From the NCBI GenBank assembly GCA_000146045.2, contig BK006938.2, forward strand, positions 1,467,934-1,531,933: DNA of 64,000 nt, in the 5' to 3' direction. This stretch comes from TPA_inf: Saccharomyces (Eukaryota). Below, piece by piece: positions 24,543 through 35,380 of this stretch; the stretch's first letter is position 1, and every line of letters begins with the position of its first letter. Under the pieces are notes generated by a model. That model did not search any database and was not told the DNA's origin. It was given only the letters and a program-made list of their open reading frames with translations. The translations under genes were made by a program, and so were the position numbers.

Positions 24543-25092
24543 ATAATGTGTCTCTTTGAGTCATGTTCCTTAGCTTCTTTTTTAAAAAAACTGTCTCAGG
24601 TATTTTCGCTTCTTTGATCTCCCAATCTCCATATCCCAACCACGTTCATATACCTCAAGCCGATTTCAACCAAACTTGAACGAAAAACTCAGACAGGTCT
24701 GGTAAAATATCTGCAATGAAGTACGCACAACTCAATTGGTATTAATTAATATAGAACATATTAAATGTAGAGGAGAGAAAATTAAATTACATGGGAAACC
24801 AATCTTGAAGGTCCAATAAAGTGAGATGTGCATGGATGAATTATCCATGCAAAAGCAAAAACGAAAAAGTCGCAACCTCAATCATGCCTTTTCTCTCCAA
24901 ATAACTTTTAGAACAAAAGTCAAATATAGGAAAGGGAAAATATCATTCTCCAAAGCAAACATTAAGTCACTGATCAACAGAGAACAATGGTTTATCTTTG
25001 CACATTGACACATTCATCGAGGGTTTCAAAGCACTTAAAAAGAGCATGATTCAGTTCAAAAAAATGATCCTCGACAAACTTAAGTTGTGCAA
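24543..25092 (-). ncRNA. SNR84: Candidate long box H/ACA snoRNA, ~550 nt, most likely snR84
   Basis: It sits in a 2.1-kb ORF-free gap directly after the RBA50 stop. The minus-strand transcript would end ...GAGACACAUUA, with ACA three nt from the 3' end. A perfect 8-bp stem GCATGGAT-gaatt-ATCCATGC lies at 24830-24850. From memory, snR84 (~550 nt) maps between RBA50 and HLR1; I could not verify the boundaries. Confidence 0.4.
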
Positions 25093-26652
25093 TTCACATC
25101 AGCATATCCATATAAAGCTTATAGTGTGATGATGAGTACTCTCATTAACTAGCTCTGTTATTCAAACTTTAAACTTCGGATACTTGACTGCTCTCTTCGT
25201 TTGTAAGTAGCTTGATTGTAGTTACATCGTCGTTCTCATCGCATCTTTTTTTATTAGTTATGAAAAATTTTTCACTTTTCACCTAGTTAGGATACCCGGC
25301 TGGATTCTTTTGTACTAACCTCTATGGATTTCGTGGTCCTCTCATGTCACGTCAAAATTTCAGATCATATGTCAGGGTAACATTTATGCACTCGGAGATT
25401 GTCAAACTTATTGACGCAAGCATTTACTATTTTTCCGCACAAGCACCATGTGTGATAACATGCAGATCGCCCATCTGAGCAGTAATATCTAGTCATTATA
25501 TAGTCTATCAAATGTTATACTTCCAGAATTTTTCGCCTCGGCCCAAACATGTACATTTTCTTGGTGGCTTTTTTATTCTGGCTTTCTTTTCCTCTAACGT
25601 TCAACATGGTTGAAAATGCTCTCAAGTCAAATAATAAAACACAATCATAAGAATTCAAAGATGTGCATGAGAACTCTTAACAATACATATTTTTACTGAA
25701 ACACTTTGGTTAGCATCTTGTGATTACTTTATTTATATAACCTAGTCGCCCCTCCCCTGTCTGTACTGTTCTTGCAGGTAAATTCAGGAAATAATACATC
25801 CTCCACGACTACAACATGTGCAAGTACTATCCATAATAGGTGTAATCATAGAGAAGCAGTCCTAAGGAAATAAAATCAAAGAAATTAGGTAAAGGTTGGG
25901 TATTGATAGATGAAAATGTTTTTGCAAGTTAAAAAGGAAAATATGCACATTCTCTTATAACCAAATTCGTCTGACATCGATATATCTTTTCATATAAAGT
26001 TCTTCCCCTTTACCATTCACTCCATGATGTCGTACCTGTTACACTACAGTGCCTGCTTGATTGCGCATTCATAATGGCTGTACACCGTTTACCCAATGCA
26101 TTCTCGTCTGCAAAGAGAAGGATATACATCTTTTTCTGGTAATAACATGTACCGATTAGGAAATTAAGACCCTGCTTTCACGCGTGCTCCTACCATTTCC
26201 GGTAATAAAAGTTCGGGTAAGATTTCTTTTCCAAACGAGCTTACGTGTCGCATCGACAAATATGGCGAGTGCTCTTATATAAGTAGGCAACATCTAAAAA
26301 GAATGGACATCTTTTTTTTCAGTGTGAAGACGTTATCGTGTGAGTATTAATAAAGAGTTGTAATTTGATAATAAGATAACCAAGGAGTAAATATATAAAG
26401 TTCACCACTGCTCTGTTATCTCTTTTTTATAGAGTTCGGAAATCCTCACAGATTATAACCAACTAATCGTCATTCATTTCAAAAAAAAAAAAAAAGGAAG
26501 AATTAGAGCTCTTCCACAATAGTGGCTATTCCAGGCATAATTTCAAATCAAGTGGCAATTTTACGCTCCTCATTCATTTTCCTGTATTATACTTTAATTA
26601 TTCTTATTTCGCTTTTTTTCTCAAGGTGACCTGTTGTATCACGTTAGCTGAA

Positions 26653-27924
26653 ATGGAAAACTTATGCCCTCCACCTCCTTCCCAAATGAAGGATTTTTCC
26701 ACTCCTCCAAGAAACAGGCATCGTCACAAAAGATCCTTTGCTATATCTGGAGATTTTGAATTCTTAAAACAACCTGCCTCTGCGCCTGTTTTGCCTTCTG
26801 CGTACGACTCACCTACCTTCGAAAATACACCAAGAAGAGTAAGCGGTATGAGCGTAACAATGCCTGATGAATCTCAAAATGAATCAGCATTACTAAACTC
26901 ACCAAGCCCAAGGTTTTTTATTAGCGAAGCATCCACATATTCATCACCAATTAAAGGAGTGCCGGACGCTATCATTAATTTGGATGATGTGCTCATTAAT
27001 AAACCAAAAATGTGTAGATCACATCGCAAAACCAAATCAGTACCAGTAAAATTGGACGAATTTTATTCCTCCCATAAATGTAGCTCAGTACCAGAATTAA
27101 CTATAAATGAAGAAATAGATGAAGATGACACCAACCCTCAGTTGCTGGAGCCCGTAAAACCATTATCATCAACTTCTCTATCTACTGATATGAATGAAGA
27201 TAAAAAAATGACACTAAAAAATGCCAGGAGCCATAACTCGTTAAAAATTCAGGCACAAAAGCAAAGGTACTACAACTCAGCAAGGTATCTGCCTTTGAAT
27301 AGTGAGGACCGAGCAACAGATCCACAAATTTTAACGAAGCAAAGCTCTGTTACGTCTTTATTTTCTTCTAGGTCAATTACACCTGTATCTTGTAACATTA
27401 ACAATGCGGGTAGAATCAATGCAATCAGTGGTAATTATCTAGATGACGTCCTTTATGACCTTGACACCCCTGCCACAACTCTAATTCAGGATATTGATAA
27501 CCTTCAAACTAGTATCAACGAAAGGGTTAGGTTGTCACCACAATCCTCGTCGATAAAAAAGTATTTTTCCAAAGATGGAAAATCTGTTAGCAGCTTCAAT
27601 TTCCAGTCTCAGGAGTGCGATATGGTATCTTTTACTGAGGATTTTGCCCATGTAACATCATTGTCTTCTTCTATTCTTGACTCTGAGAAACAAACAGACG
27701 ACGAAGAAGAAGAGAGTATTCCGGAAGAAATACTACGAGGAGAACCCCTCCACGTATACAACGAAACTAGTGGATCTGATAAAAGTGTCATTTTGCCGAC
27801 GAAACAAAAATCTGCTCCCATTAACAAGGATAGTAAGCACAGTTCAACTCAGTATGAAGAAAAATCTTTTAAGAAGAATAGAAAGTTCAAAATTTTCGCC
27901 AAGTTATTCTGCACTAGGAAATAG
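26653..27924 (+). CDS. HLR1: Ser/Thr-rich protein involved in cell-wall/osmotic regulation (LRE1 paralog), 423 aa from MENLCPPPP
   Basis: The 432-aa ORF contains an internal ATG that gives 423 aa. Ser-rich low-complexity sequence. Confidence 0.8.
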
Positions 27925-28231
27925 TAGAATAAATTTAAGATATATAGACCACTCGATACCCCATCACCTGCATAATTATAGAAAAAATAAATACTAATAG
28001 ATACCCGATTTATAACACTAGACATTACAATATACGAATTTCATAATAAAATTTTAAGTTCAGACTATAGATAAATAAATAATATGAAGTAAACGTTTCA
28101 AGCAAACGCTTATATATATATAGAGAGATAATAAAGGATATGATTTAGTCTCTGTCCCTTCTTTCAAATGAATATTTAATGCCTTTTTTTTTTCGGGTTG
28201 TGTGTTCGTGGTGATTTTTTTATTCTTCTTT

Positions 28232-28615
28232 TCATTTGGAGACCTCTATGTTGTCTAACTCGTCCTTCTCCTTAGCTGCAGCTTCAGCTTCTAATATGTA
28301 TGGCAACAGGTAAGGAACATCCTCTTGGGCTTTGATCCATTCGTTTCTTGGCAGTAAATGATGAGTCAACTCGGTTTGATGAGCCCTGATTATTCTATAT
28401 GCTCTGGCATAAGATTCATCTTCAGGGAGTCTTCTTAAAGCGGTCTGCATGATGGGATTTTCCTCTGCAATTAAGTCGTCAAATTTGAGCCCTAACTTCT
28501 TGTAACCTGCGAGGTTAATGAACTGATTGGCAACTGGAACACATAACTTGGAGAGGACGGGTGACTTCAAAATATAGTCACCAATTCTCGCAATAGACGT
28601 AAAAGACTGTGGCAT
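28232..28615 (-). CDS. QCR7: Ubiquinol-cytochrome c reductase subunit 7, 127 aa
   Basis: [80 protein letters not shown]... Confidence 0.93.
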
Positions 28616-28789
28616 TTTGTTCTTTCTGGAACGTTTAATTACAGTTACTAATATTCTGATAAATTGTCCAACAACAACCTTTACTGCTATTTTTCCAAGC
28701 TTTTACATCTCTTCCCTTTTATTACTGCTCTATGAAAGTAAATTGTCAGGCCCCCCGCCGGGGTGACCCGATAAAAAGCGCGTCGCTCC

Positions 28790-28799
28790 TGATTGGTCA
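28790..28799 (-). promoter_or_regulatory. CCAAT box (TGACCAATCA on the gene strand) upstream of QCR7; candidate Hap2/3/4/5 site
   Basis: The + strand reads TGATTGGTCA about 180 bp upstream of the QCR7 ATG. QCR7 is a respiratory gene under HAP control. Confidence 0.5.
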
Positions 28800-28857
28800 A
28801 AACAAGATCACAGCGCAGTTACACATCTATAGACAATGTACATATGGCTAATAGACC

Positions 28858-29835
28858 TTAATAGTGATACTCTGTTGGTTTTTGGCCTGCTGTGTTGGGG
28901 AAACCGCATTGCAGTAACGACTTGTCCACAAGATGAGGATCTTCAGTGAGGTTCTCTAGTTTTTCTCTGTCTTTAACGAGGATCATACCACAGTACCCCG
29001 TGGAGTTAATGTTTAACATCAATGGCGGTCCACTCTTGGCATGCGATCTTGGAACTACACAGATCCATTTCTTGGTCAGTAGCACATTGTATGACTTGGT
29101 CAACTCCGGAGACTCATTGGTCCAATCTTGGAAAAATGTAAGTGCTCTCTGCATCAAAGATACGTAACACATAGCAAGAAGATCTTCGTCCACTTGATCA
29201 GACGATTCCGGCAGCGGCAAGACGAAATGAGCAAAGGAAACCTTATCATCTTGTAATGGCTCTGCGTTGAAGGTGGGCAAGAAATGATCCTTTCCGTTGC
29301 ACAATACGTCCTGAAAAGGTATAAATTTTTCAGGCATTTGCATGATCTGCAAGTGTTTGTGATCTTGTGAGGAACCGCTATGAGGTCCACAATTATAAAA
29401 GACCAGATACCTTTCACAAGTGACATCATCGTCCTTGTCTCCTTGGAGAGAACAGAGCACATTATAAGCAGTCATCAAGTCACTTGGCGTCAAAGCAGAT
29501 CTCTGGTCTTTAAACTCGCTTGTCACTAGGAGACTATGTTCAGGGACCACAGGAAATTTGTTGAGTAGCAGCTTATATTCTCCGTCACCATTTAGATCTT
29601 CAGTCACCACTAGTTCTTCGTCGGGATTGGCGAACGGGTCCTCCGCCTTTGAATCGCTATTCTTGTTAGCGTCTGGCTTAAGTGCCAAAGATGGAGCAAA
29701 TGTCACCCAATATTGTGTCGTCGTTTGAGGATCTTTCAACTTCTTGGATTCTGCATGCGTTACTTTCAGATGCCCATTCTTTTTGGCTGCAACGAACTTA
29801 TCGTGGATTTTCTGTTTCAAATTCTCTTCAATCAT
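28858..29835 (-). CDS. APA2: Diadenosine tetraphosphate (Ap4A) phosphorylase II, 325 aa from MIEENLKQ
   Basis: 346-aa ORF; the internal ATG at 29835 gives 325 aa. Confidence 0.85.
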   Translation of the reverse strand: MIEENLKQKIHDKFVAAKKNGHLKVTHAESKKLKDPQTTTQYWVTFAPSLALKPDANKNSDSKAEDPFANPDEELVVTEDLNGDGEYKLLLNKFPVVPEHSLLVTSEFKDQRSALTPSDLMTAYNVLCSLQGDKDDDVTCERYLVFYNCGPHSGSSQDHKHLQIMQMPEKFIPFQDVLCNGKDHFLPTFNAEPLQDDKVSFAHFVLPLPESSDQVDEDLLAMCYVSLMQRALTFFQDWTNESPELTKSYNVLLTKKWICVVPRSHAKSGPPLMLNINSTGYCGMILVKDREKLENLTEDPHLVDKSLLQCGFPNTAGQKPTEYHY

Positions 29836-30298
29836 CTTTGTCTTCCTATTTTCTCTGACCCAGGGGCTCGGTTGCCTTTTAATTTTATTATATTTCAATA
29901 GTTCAACACATTTTCGAAACAGGCAAAAGCTTTACACGTGACGTTGGTATGATCGAGTATTATTCATATGGTCGTTCATGATTGCGTATTTACGACAGTA
30001 TCTCAAAAAGTTTCACTCAAATGCGGAGAACTATCCGCGATCTACGCATTGAGCTCCTTTAGTTTGTAATTGCCGGGACCGATTTTTTTTTTTTTACTTC
30101 TGACTGTTCCACTTAGGAATCTTACATGACGTTAAACGACTAGCGCAGTTCCCCCAATATCGGCCGAAATTTTATTTCACCAACATAACGATGAGTAAAA
30201 AGAACTTATGTTTCTGAACAGATTGATCATTAAAACTAAAAAACTACCAGAATAAAGAAATTTATAGTTCCAATTGAGTGCATGCGAAAAGAATCGCA

Positions 30299-31402
30299 AT
30301 GCCGCGAATTACTCAAGAGATATCTTACAATTGCGATTATGGCGACAATACTTTCAACCTTGCTATTGATATAGGAGGCACTCTGGCTAAAGTAGTCTTC
30401 TCGCCTATACACAGTAACAGGCTGATGTTCTACACCATTGAAACAGAGAAAATTGACAAGTTCATGGAACTTCTGCATTCTATTATCAAAGAACATAACA
30501 ATGGATGCTATAGAATGACTCATATAATTGCCACTGGTGGTGGCGCCTTCAAGTTTTATGATTTGTTGTATGAAAATTTTCCTCAAATAAAAGGTATATC
30601 GAGGTTCGAAGAAATGGAAGGCTTAATTCACGGTTTAGACTTTTTCATTCATGAGATTCCCGATGAAGTTTTCACTTACAACGATCAAGATGGCGAAAGG
30701 ATAATACCCACCAGTTCCGGCACCATGGACTCAAAGGCTATCTACCCATACCTTCTAGTCAATATAGGGTCGGGTGTCTCAATATTAAAAGTCACCGAAC
30801 CAAACAATTTTAGTAGAGTAGGCGGTTCTTCACTGGGAGGAGGAACTCTTTGGGGCCTATTATCACTAATTACTGGCGCTCAAACTTATGATCAGATGCT
30901 CGATTGGGCACAAGAGGGTGACAATTCTAGCGTTGATATGCTAGTTGGAGATATTTATGGAACAGACTATAATAAAATTGGTCTAAAGTCGTCAGCTATT
31001 GCAAGTTCATTTGGTAAAGTTTTCCAAAATAGAATGACATCTAACAAATCTTTGGAAAACAACGAAAATAAATTATATTCCTCACATGAGTCTATTGAGA
31101 AAAACAATGGACAAATGTTTAAGAATCCTGATATTTGTAAAAGTCTTCTATTCGCCATCTCCAACAATATTGGGCAAATAGCTTATTTGCAAGCTAAAAT
31201 CAATAATATACAGAATATATACTTTGGCGGATCTTATACCAGAGGACATTTGACTACCATGAACACTTTGAGCTACGCTATTAATTTTTGGTCACAAGGA
31301 TCAAAGCAAGCGTTTTTTCTCAAACATGAAGGCTATTTGGGTGCAATGGGTGCTTTCCTAAGCGCGTCTCGTCATTCATCTACTAAGAAAACAAGTACGT
31401 AG
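30299..31402 (+). CDS. CAB1: Pantothenate kinase, 367 aa from MPRITQEIS
   Basis: Fumble/type II PanK motifs (LAIDIGGTLAKVVF, NIGSGVSILKV, GGSSLGGGTLWGL, YFGGSYTRGH). Confidence 0.9.
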   Translation: MPRITQEISYNCDYGDNTFNLAIDIGGTLAKVVFSPIHSNRLMFYTIETEKIDKFMELLHSIIKEHNNGCYRMTHIIATGGGAFKFYDLLYENFPQIKGISRFEEMEGLIHGLDFFIHEIPDEVFTYNDQDGERIIPTSSGTMDSKAIYPYLLVNIGSGVSILKVTEPNNFSRVGGSSLGGGTLWGLLSLITGAQTYDQMLDWAQEGDNSSVDMLVGDIYGTDYNKIGLKSSAIASSFGKVFQNRMTSNKSLENNENKLYSSHESIEKNNGQMFKNPDICKSLLFAISNNIGQIAYLQAKINNIQNIYFGGSYTRGHLTTMNTLSYAINFWSQGSKQAFFLKHEGYLGAMGAFLSASRHSSTKKTST

Positions 31403-31462
31403 ATAGATTTCACTTTTTTTTTGGCTAGTAATATTACATACATCTTTATCTAGATAATTAAT

Positions 31463-32620
31463 TTATTCGTTTGTTAGCTCGCTTATAATGTCATCCATTA
31501 CCTCAAAGATTTGCACCTTAGTATTATTTCTGTACTTATTGTTAAATTTACTGCTCGCTTCAATGTCTGTGACTATATTGCCACCCGCTTTTTGTAAAAT
31601 AGTAATGTCTTTTATCATTGGCCTTTTTAAATCGCTTAAAGATATGGCAATTATATATTGCATATCCTTTATTTCAAATTGTACTTTTCCAAGCTGGGTA
31701 AAGATTTCAAAATTTAATATAGTCGTCTTTGACCCTTTGAGTAAAAAGTGCTTTTCCCAAAATTTTGTTAGCAAATTAATTGACTGACATAATTCTGATT
31801 CATTGGCCATTAAATGTCCAGAATCCTCTTTTTTTGATTGCTCTCCTTTTCGTATTATTTGATTTTTAACTTCATGCATTTCCTTGAGCTCTTTCGTTAA
31901 CCTTTGATTTTGCTTCTGCAAAAATAGTAGTTTTTGCCAATTCGTGTATGTCTCTTCCACAAAATCATCTGAATCACTTGAATTTAATATCGTATCTTTT
32001 TCTCCCATCATATTCTTATCTTCTTTGTTTGTTAAATTTTTTAGTTCATTGAGCGAATCCCAACAATTTTCAATATCACCAGTGGCTTCCAGATACAACT
32101 CATTTATTAAATCTTGCCTTTCTGCAAAGTTGTGACCGGTCTCTTGGATTTCAGCTTTGATTTGTTCTATTTTGCTTTCTTGAACATTCGAAATTTCTTC
32201 CTTTAAATCATTAACTCTTTCATTAAGTTTTACAAATTGGGGGTCTTTTTCGGAATCTAACTGCAAAGGTTTCGTCGAGGACAAAGTAAACCTGAAGAAA
32301 TAGTCCAATGTCTCCTGTTCCAAGTAAGTCAACTTAAGTAACTCCATTAGTTTATTGAACTCCTTGATTTTTGCACTCAGAATTTTTGGATTTACAAAGA
32401 CCTCCTTTCCCTCTACGTCTAAGCTCTCATCGTTCCTAAGAGGATTCACAAACTTGTTCTCTTCATTTATTGCCAGAATGCTGGAAGTAATTTCGTGCAA
32501 TGTATTTTTGAGCCTTAGTTCTTGGTTATTTAGCACTTCTTCGCTGCTCACAGCAATAGAATCCTCAATATCCGTTAACACGGTCTCATAGTCCTTTATG
32601 CTCGCACTCCCTGTATCCAT
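31463..32620 (-). CDS. KRE28: Coiled-coil kinetochore protein (Spc105 partner), 385 aa
   Basis: 385-aa Glu/Lys/Leu-rich coiled-coil ORF. Its stop is only 60 bp from the CAB1 stop (convergent). Confidence 0.82.
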
Positions 32621-33513
32621 TTCTTCACTAATTTTGTTTTAAAGCTAGTCTATATGTTTTTTTCTATTGGTTGAAGTTTTTTTGATGCTGCTCATTCTCC
32701 TTGTGTTTATAAATAATGAGTTACGCGATCTTCACTTTTTTTACATGTGCTTATATTTAACTGCCTAGTTCCCAAGCGATGGCATTAAAGACAGCCAAAT
32801 GCTAATTTCTGGTTGAATAACCTAATACGTATGCCCTAAATTATTTTTCCTTTTTAATCTGGAAGATATTGTTTATCCGGATGATATAACGTTCAATTTA
32901 ATTGATGGGCATTACTAAATATTTTCAATATGACCAATTCGTGTCGACATTCTGCCATAATTAACCTGAGAAAAAAACATTTTTCGTGATCATTTAGCAA
33001 GAAACCGCAAGGAACAGCTCACTAAGATGCAAATAACCATTAGATAACTGAAACACACCTACAATGTCCCACATGAATAAACCCTTTAGGAAGCATCGGC
33101 AGCTGACAGAAATACCAAAATGAAAAAAAAAAAATTTAGAAAGTTTTATGTATAGTTTTACATATTGCATAGATGATTTGCAGCGTAACGACGCTAATGC
33201 TTTCTTCTCCATTCTCATTGATATTAACGTTGGCTAGATAAATGCTGTGCAACGGAGTGGCTGAAAAATAAATTGTAGCACCTTGTTGGAGACCAAATGT
33301 AGTCTTCACTATTAACCTCTAGCTAAAGCAGATAAAAGATAAAGATTATAAACTTTGGTTATTGGAAGACCCATCTCAGACATGTGTTTCCCCAATATCC
33401 AAATATTTCAACGTATTAACAATGAGGTACATCCCTCGTACTCAATAACGCCTCCTAAAGTTCCTTACATCTATATAGTAGTACAAAGGAAATTCTAATT
33501 ATCAACCTTTGGC

Positions 33514-34227
33514 TCAGTTTTTTAAAGCGTCGATGGATCTTACGGCAGTGGAGTGCGCAGAAGCAGGATTCACACCTGTTACCAGTCTTCCGTCAGTAAT
33601 AGAGTAATCATCCCAGGGCCCAACCGGAGCTAAATACTTAGCGCCATATTTTTTAGCAACATCTTCAACGGTTGCCAAATTCTTGGCTTTCAAAATACTA
33701 TCAACACCCAAAATGGTTTCACCAACATCAGTAAAACCGGTGATAGATTTACCTTCGATCAATGGTCTTCCTGTTTTTTTGTCTGTTAACCCATCAAAAA
33801 TAGCAGGACCGTGACAAACAGCTGCGACAACACCACCGTTAGCATAAATTTCGGAAGCAATGTCCTGCAAGTCTTTAGCCTTAGGATAGTCAAATAAGGT
33901 ACCGTGGCCTGCAGATGCAAAAAAAATTTGGTAATCATCGGCATTCACCTCTTTTGGTGTCTTAATTTTAGCCAATGTCTTGTTGAAATCTGAGTCTTTA
34001 TTTTTAAAATCCGTTTCGTCTTGACCATTTAGAAAATCTTTGGCTAAGGAATGCTCATCCCAACCAAATTTTCCGGTTTCAGATACAAAATCGACTTCAA
34101 AACCTTCTTTTCGGAATGTGTTGAAGGGATGTAAGGCTTCTACAACAAAAACACCGGTCTTGGCGCCGTCACTGTAGAATACATCGTTATATGAGGTAAG
34201 AGCGAGTAAAACTTTTTTTGGGGCCAT
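33514..34227 (-). CDS. HSP31: DJ-1/PfpI-family glyoxalase III / stress chaperone, 237 aa
   Basis: [35 protein letters not shown]...AAVCHGP with the catalytic Cys. Confidence 0.93.
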
Positions 34228-34444
34228 TATAAATTTGTTTGAGTTTTATCTGTGTAATTAGCCAGTGGGAAGTACTTAAAAATGCCGTTAATAAAATTTA
34301 GCGGATGATAAAGAAATGAATGGTTCTCCTTATGGCTGTTTATATATCTGATTTAAAGGGTAACGGAAACCGGAAGCAATAATGGAACCGTGAAGCCATC
34401 CCTTGAAAAAATTTTCCATTTCTTTCATGAAGACTATGTACATG

Positions 34445-34587
34445 CCCCTTATGCCAAGCTTTTTGATTTTCAGGCTAGGAATGAGTAACGTTAATTCTCT
34501 GTATACATTCGCCCAGATTTCTTTACGGGATTTATGGATCCGTCAGAACAAAAAGCCGCCTCCCATGGATATCCTGCGTATTAGTCA
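34445..34587. promoter_or_regulatory. HSP31 promoter stress elements: STRE (CCCCT, 34445-34449) and an AP-1/Yap1-type TTAGTCA element (34581-34587)
   Basis: Motifs lie 220-360 bp upstream of the HSP31 ATG. HSP31 is known to be stress/Yap1-induced. Confidence 0.4.
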
Positions 34588-35380
34588 GCATTATTTCTTT
34601 TATTCCGTAGCAGCTAAAAAATCTCCTAGAAAGAACGATCCTATCTGTCGCAACGGTACGTCGTGATTTTTTTATGGGCTTATTCTTCCGAAAGTGTTCA
34701 TTAAAGCATTTGGTGCATGTTTAATGTTCTATTTTTAATACACGTAGTAAACTTCGTGTTTTCTTCTCTCTGACCTAAATTATTACAGCCATATATAACT
34801 TTTTTTTTTAAATTCGGATAACTGGCACAGTACCAAAAGCTAAAATTTCTCACAAAAACATAATTATATGACAAACTGAACTACTCATTGCTACAGGTAA
34901 TTTCAATAAAATGCGCTCAATGAAGTTGTGAATTTGCTTGCTTGTCTTTCTCGACCTTCTTTCAGTATTATACTCCATTTGAATCTGATCACAAACACGA
35001 AAGTTCATTTCTTGTTTTGAACTATAAAATCATCATGTCATTTTTTAACTTTTATTTTCCTTGGCGTCAGATAAAACAAATACCCACTCTCACCTTTTAA
35101 AAAGCAAGAAATAAATAAAATGGTTATTTTTGAAAAGTCATATTTAACAAGTGAAATAGACATTGTTTTTAGATTATTTTAATCAACACCTGATATTTTC
35201 TTGATATAATATTACATACTGGTACATTCTTATAGACAGCCAGTGTCACGCAGACAAATAACATTGCGGACATAAGCTTTATCAACTATGATGAAATACT
35301 TAATTCACAATGCCATTTTGAAAAGTAAGACCACGGAGAGATCAGAAAGGTTGATTCTGCGCATCTGTCGTTAGCAGAAA

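Noticed and set aside
30236-30586. 116-aa minus ORF overlapping the CAB1 start
   Set aside because: Antisense to CAB1 with no support.
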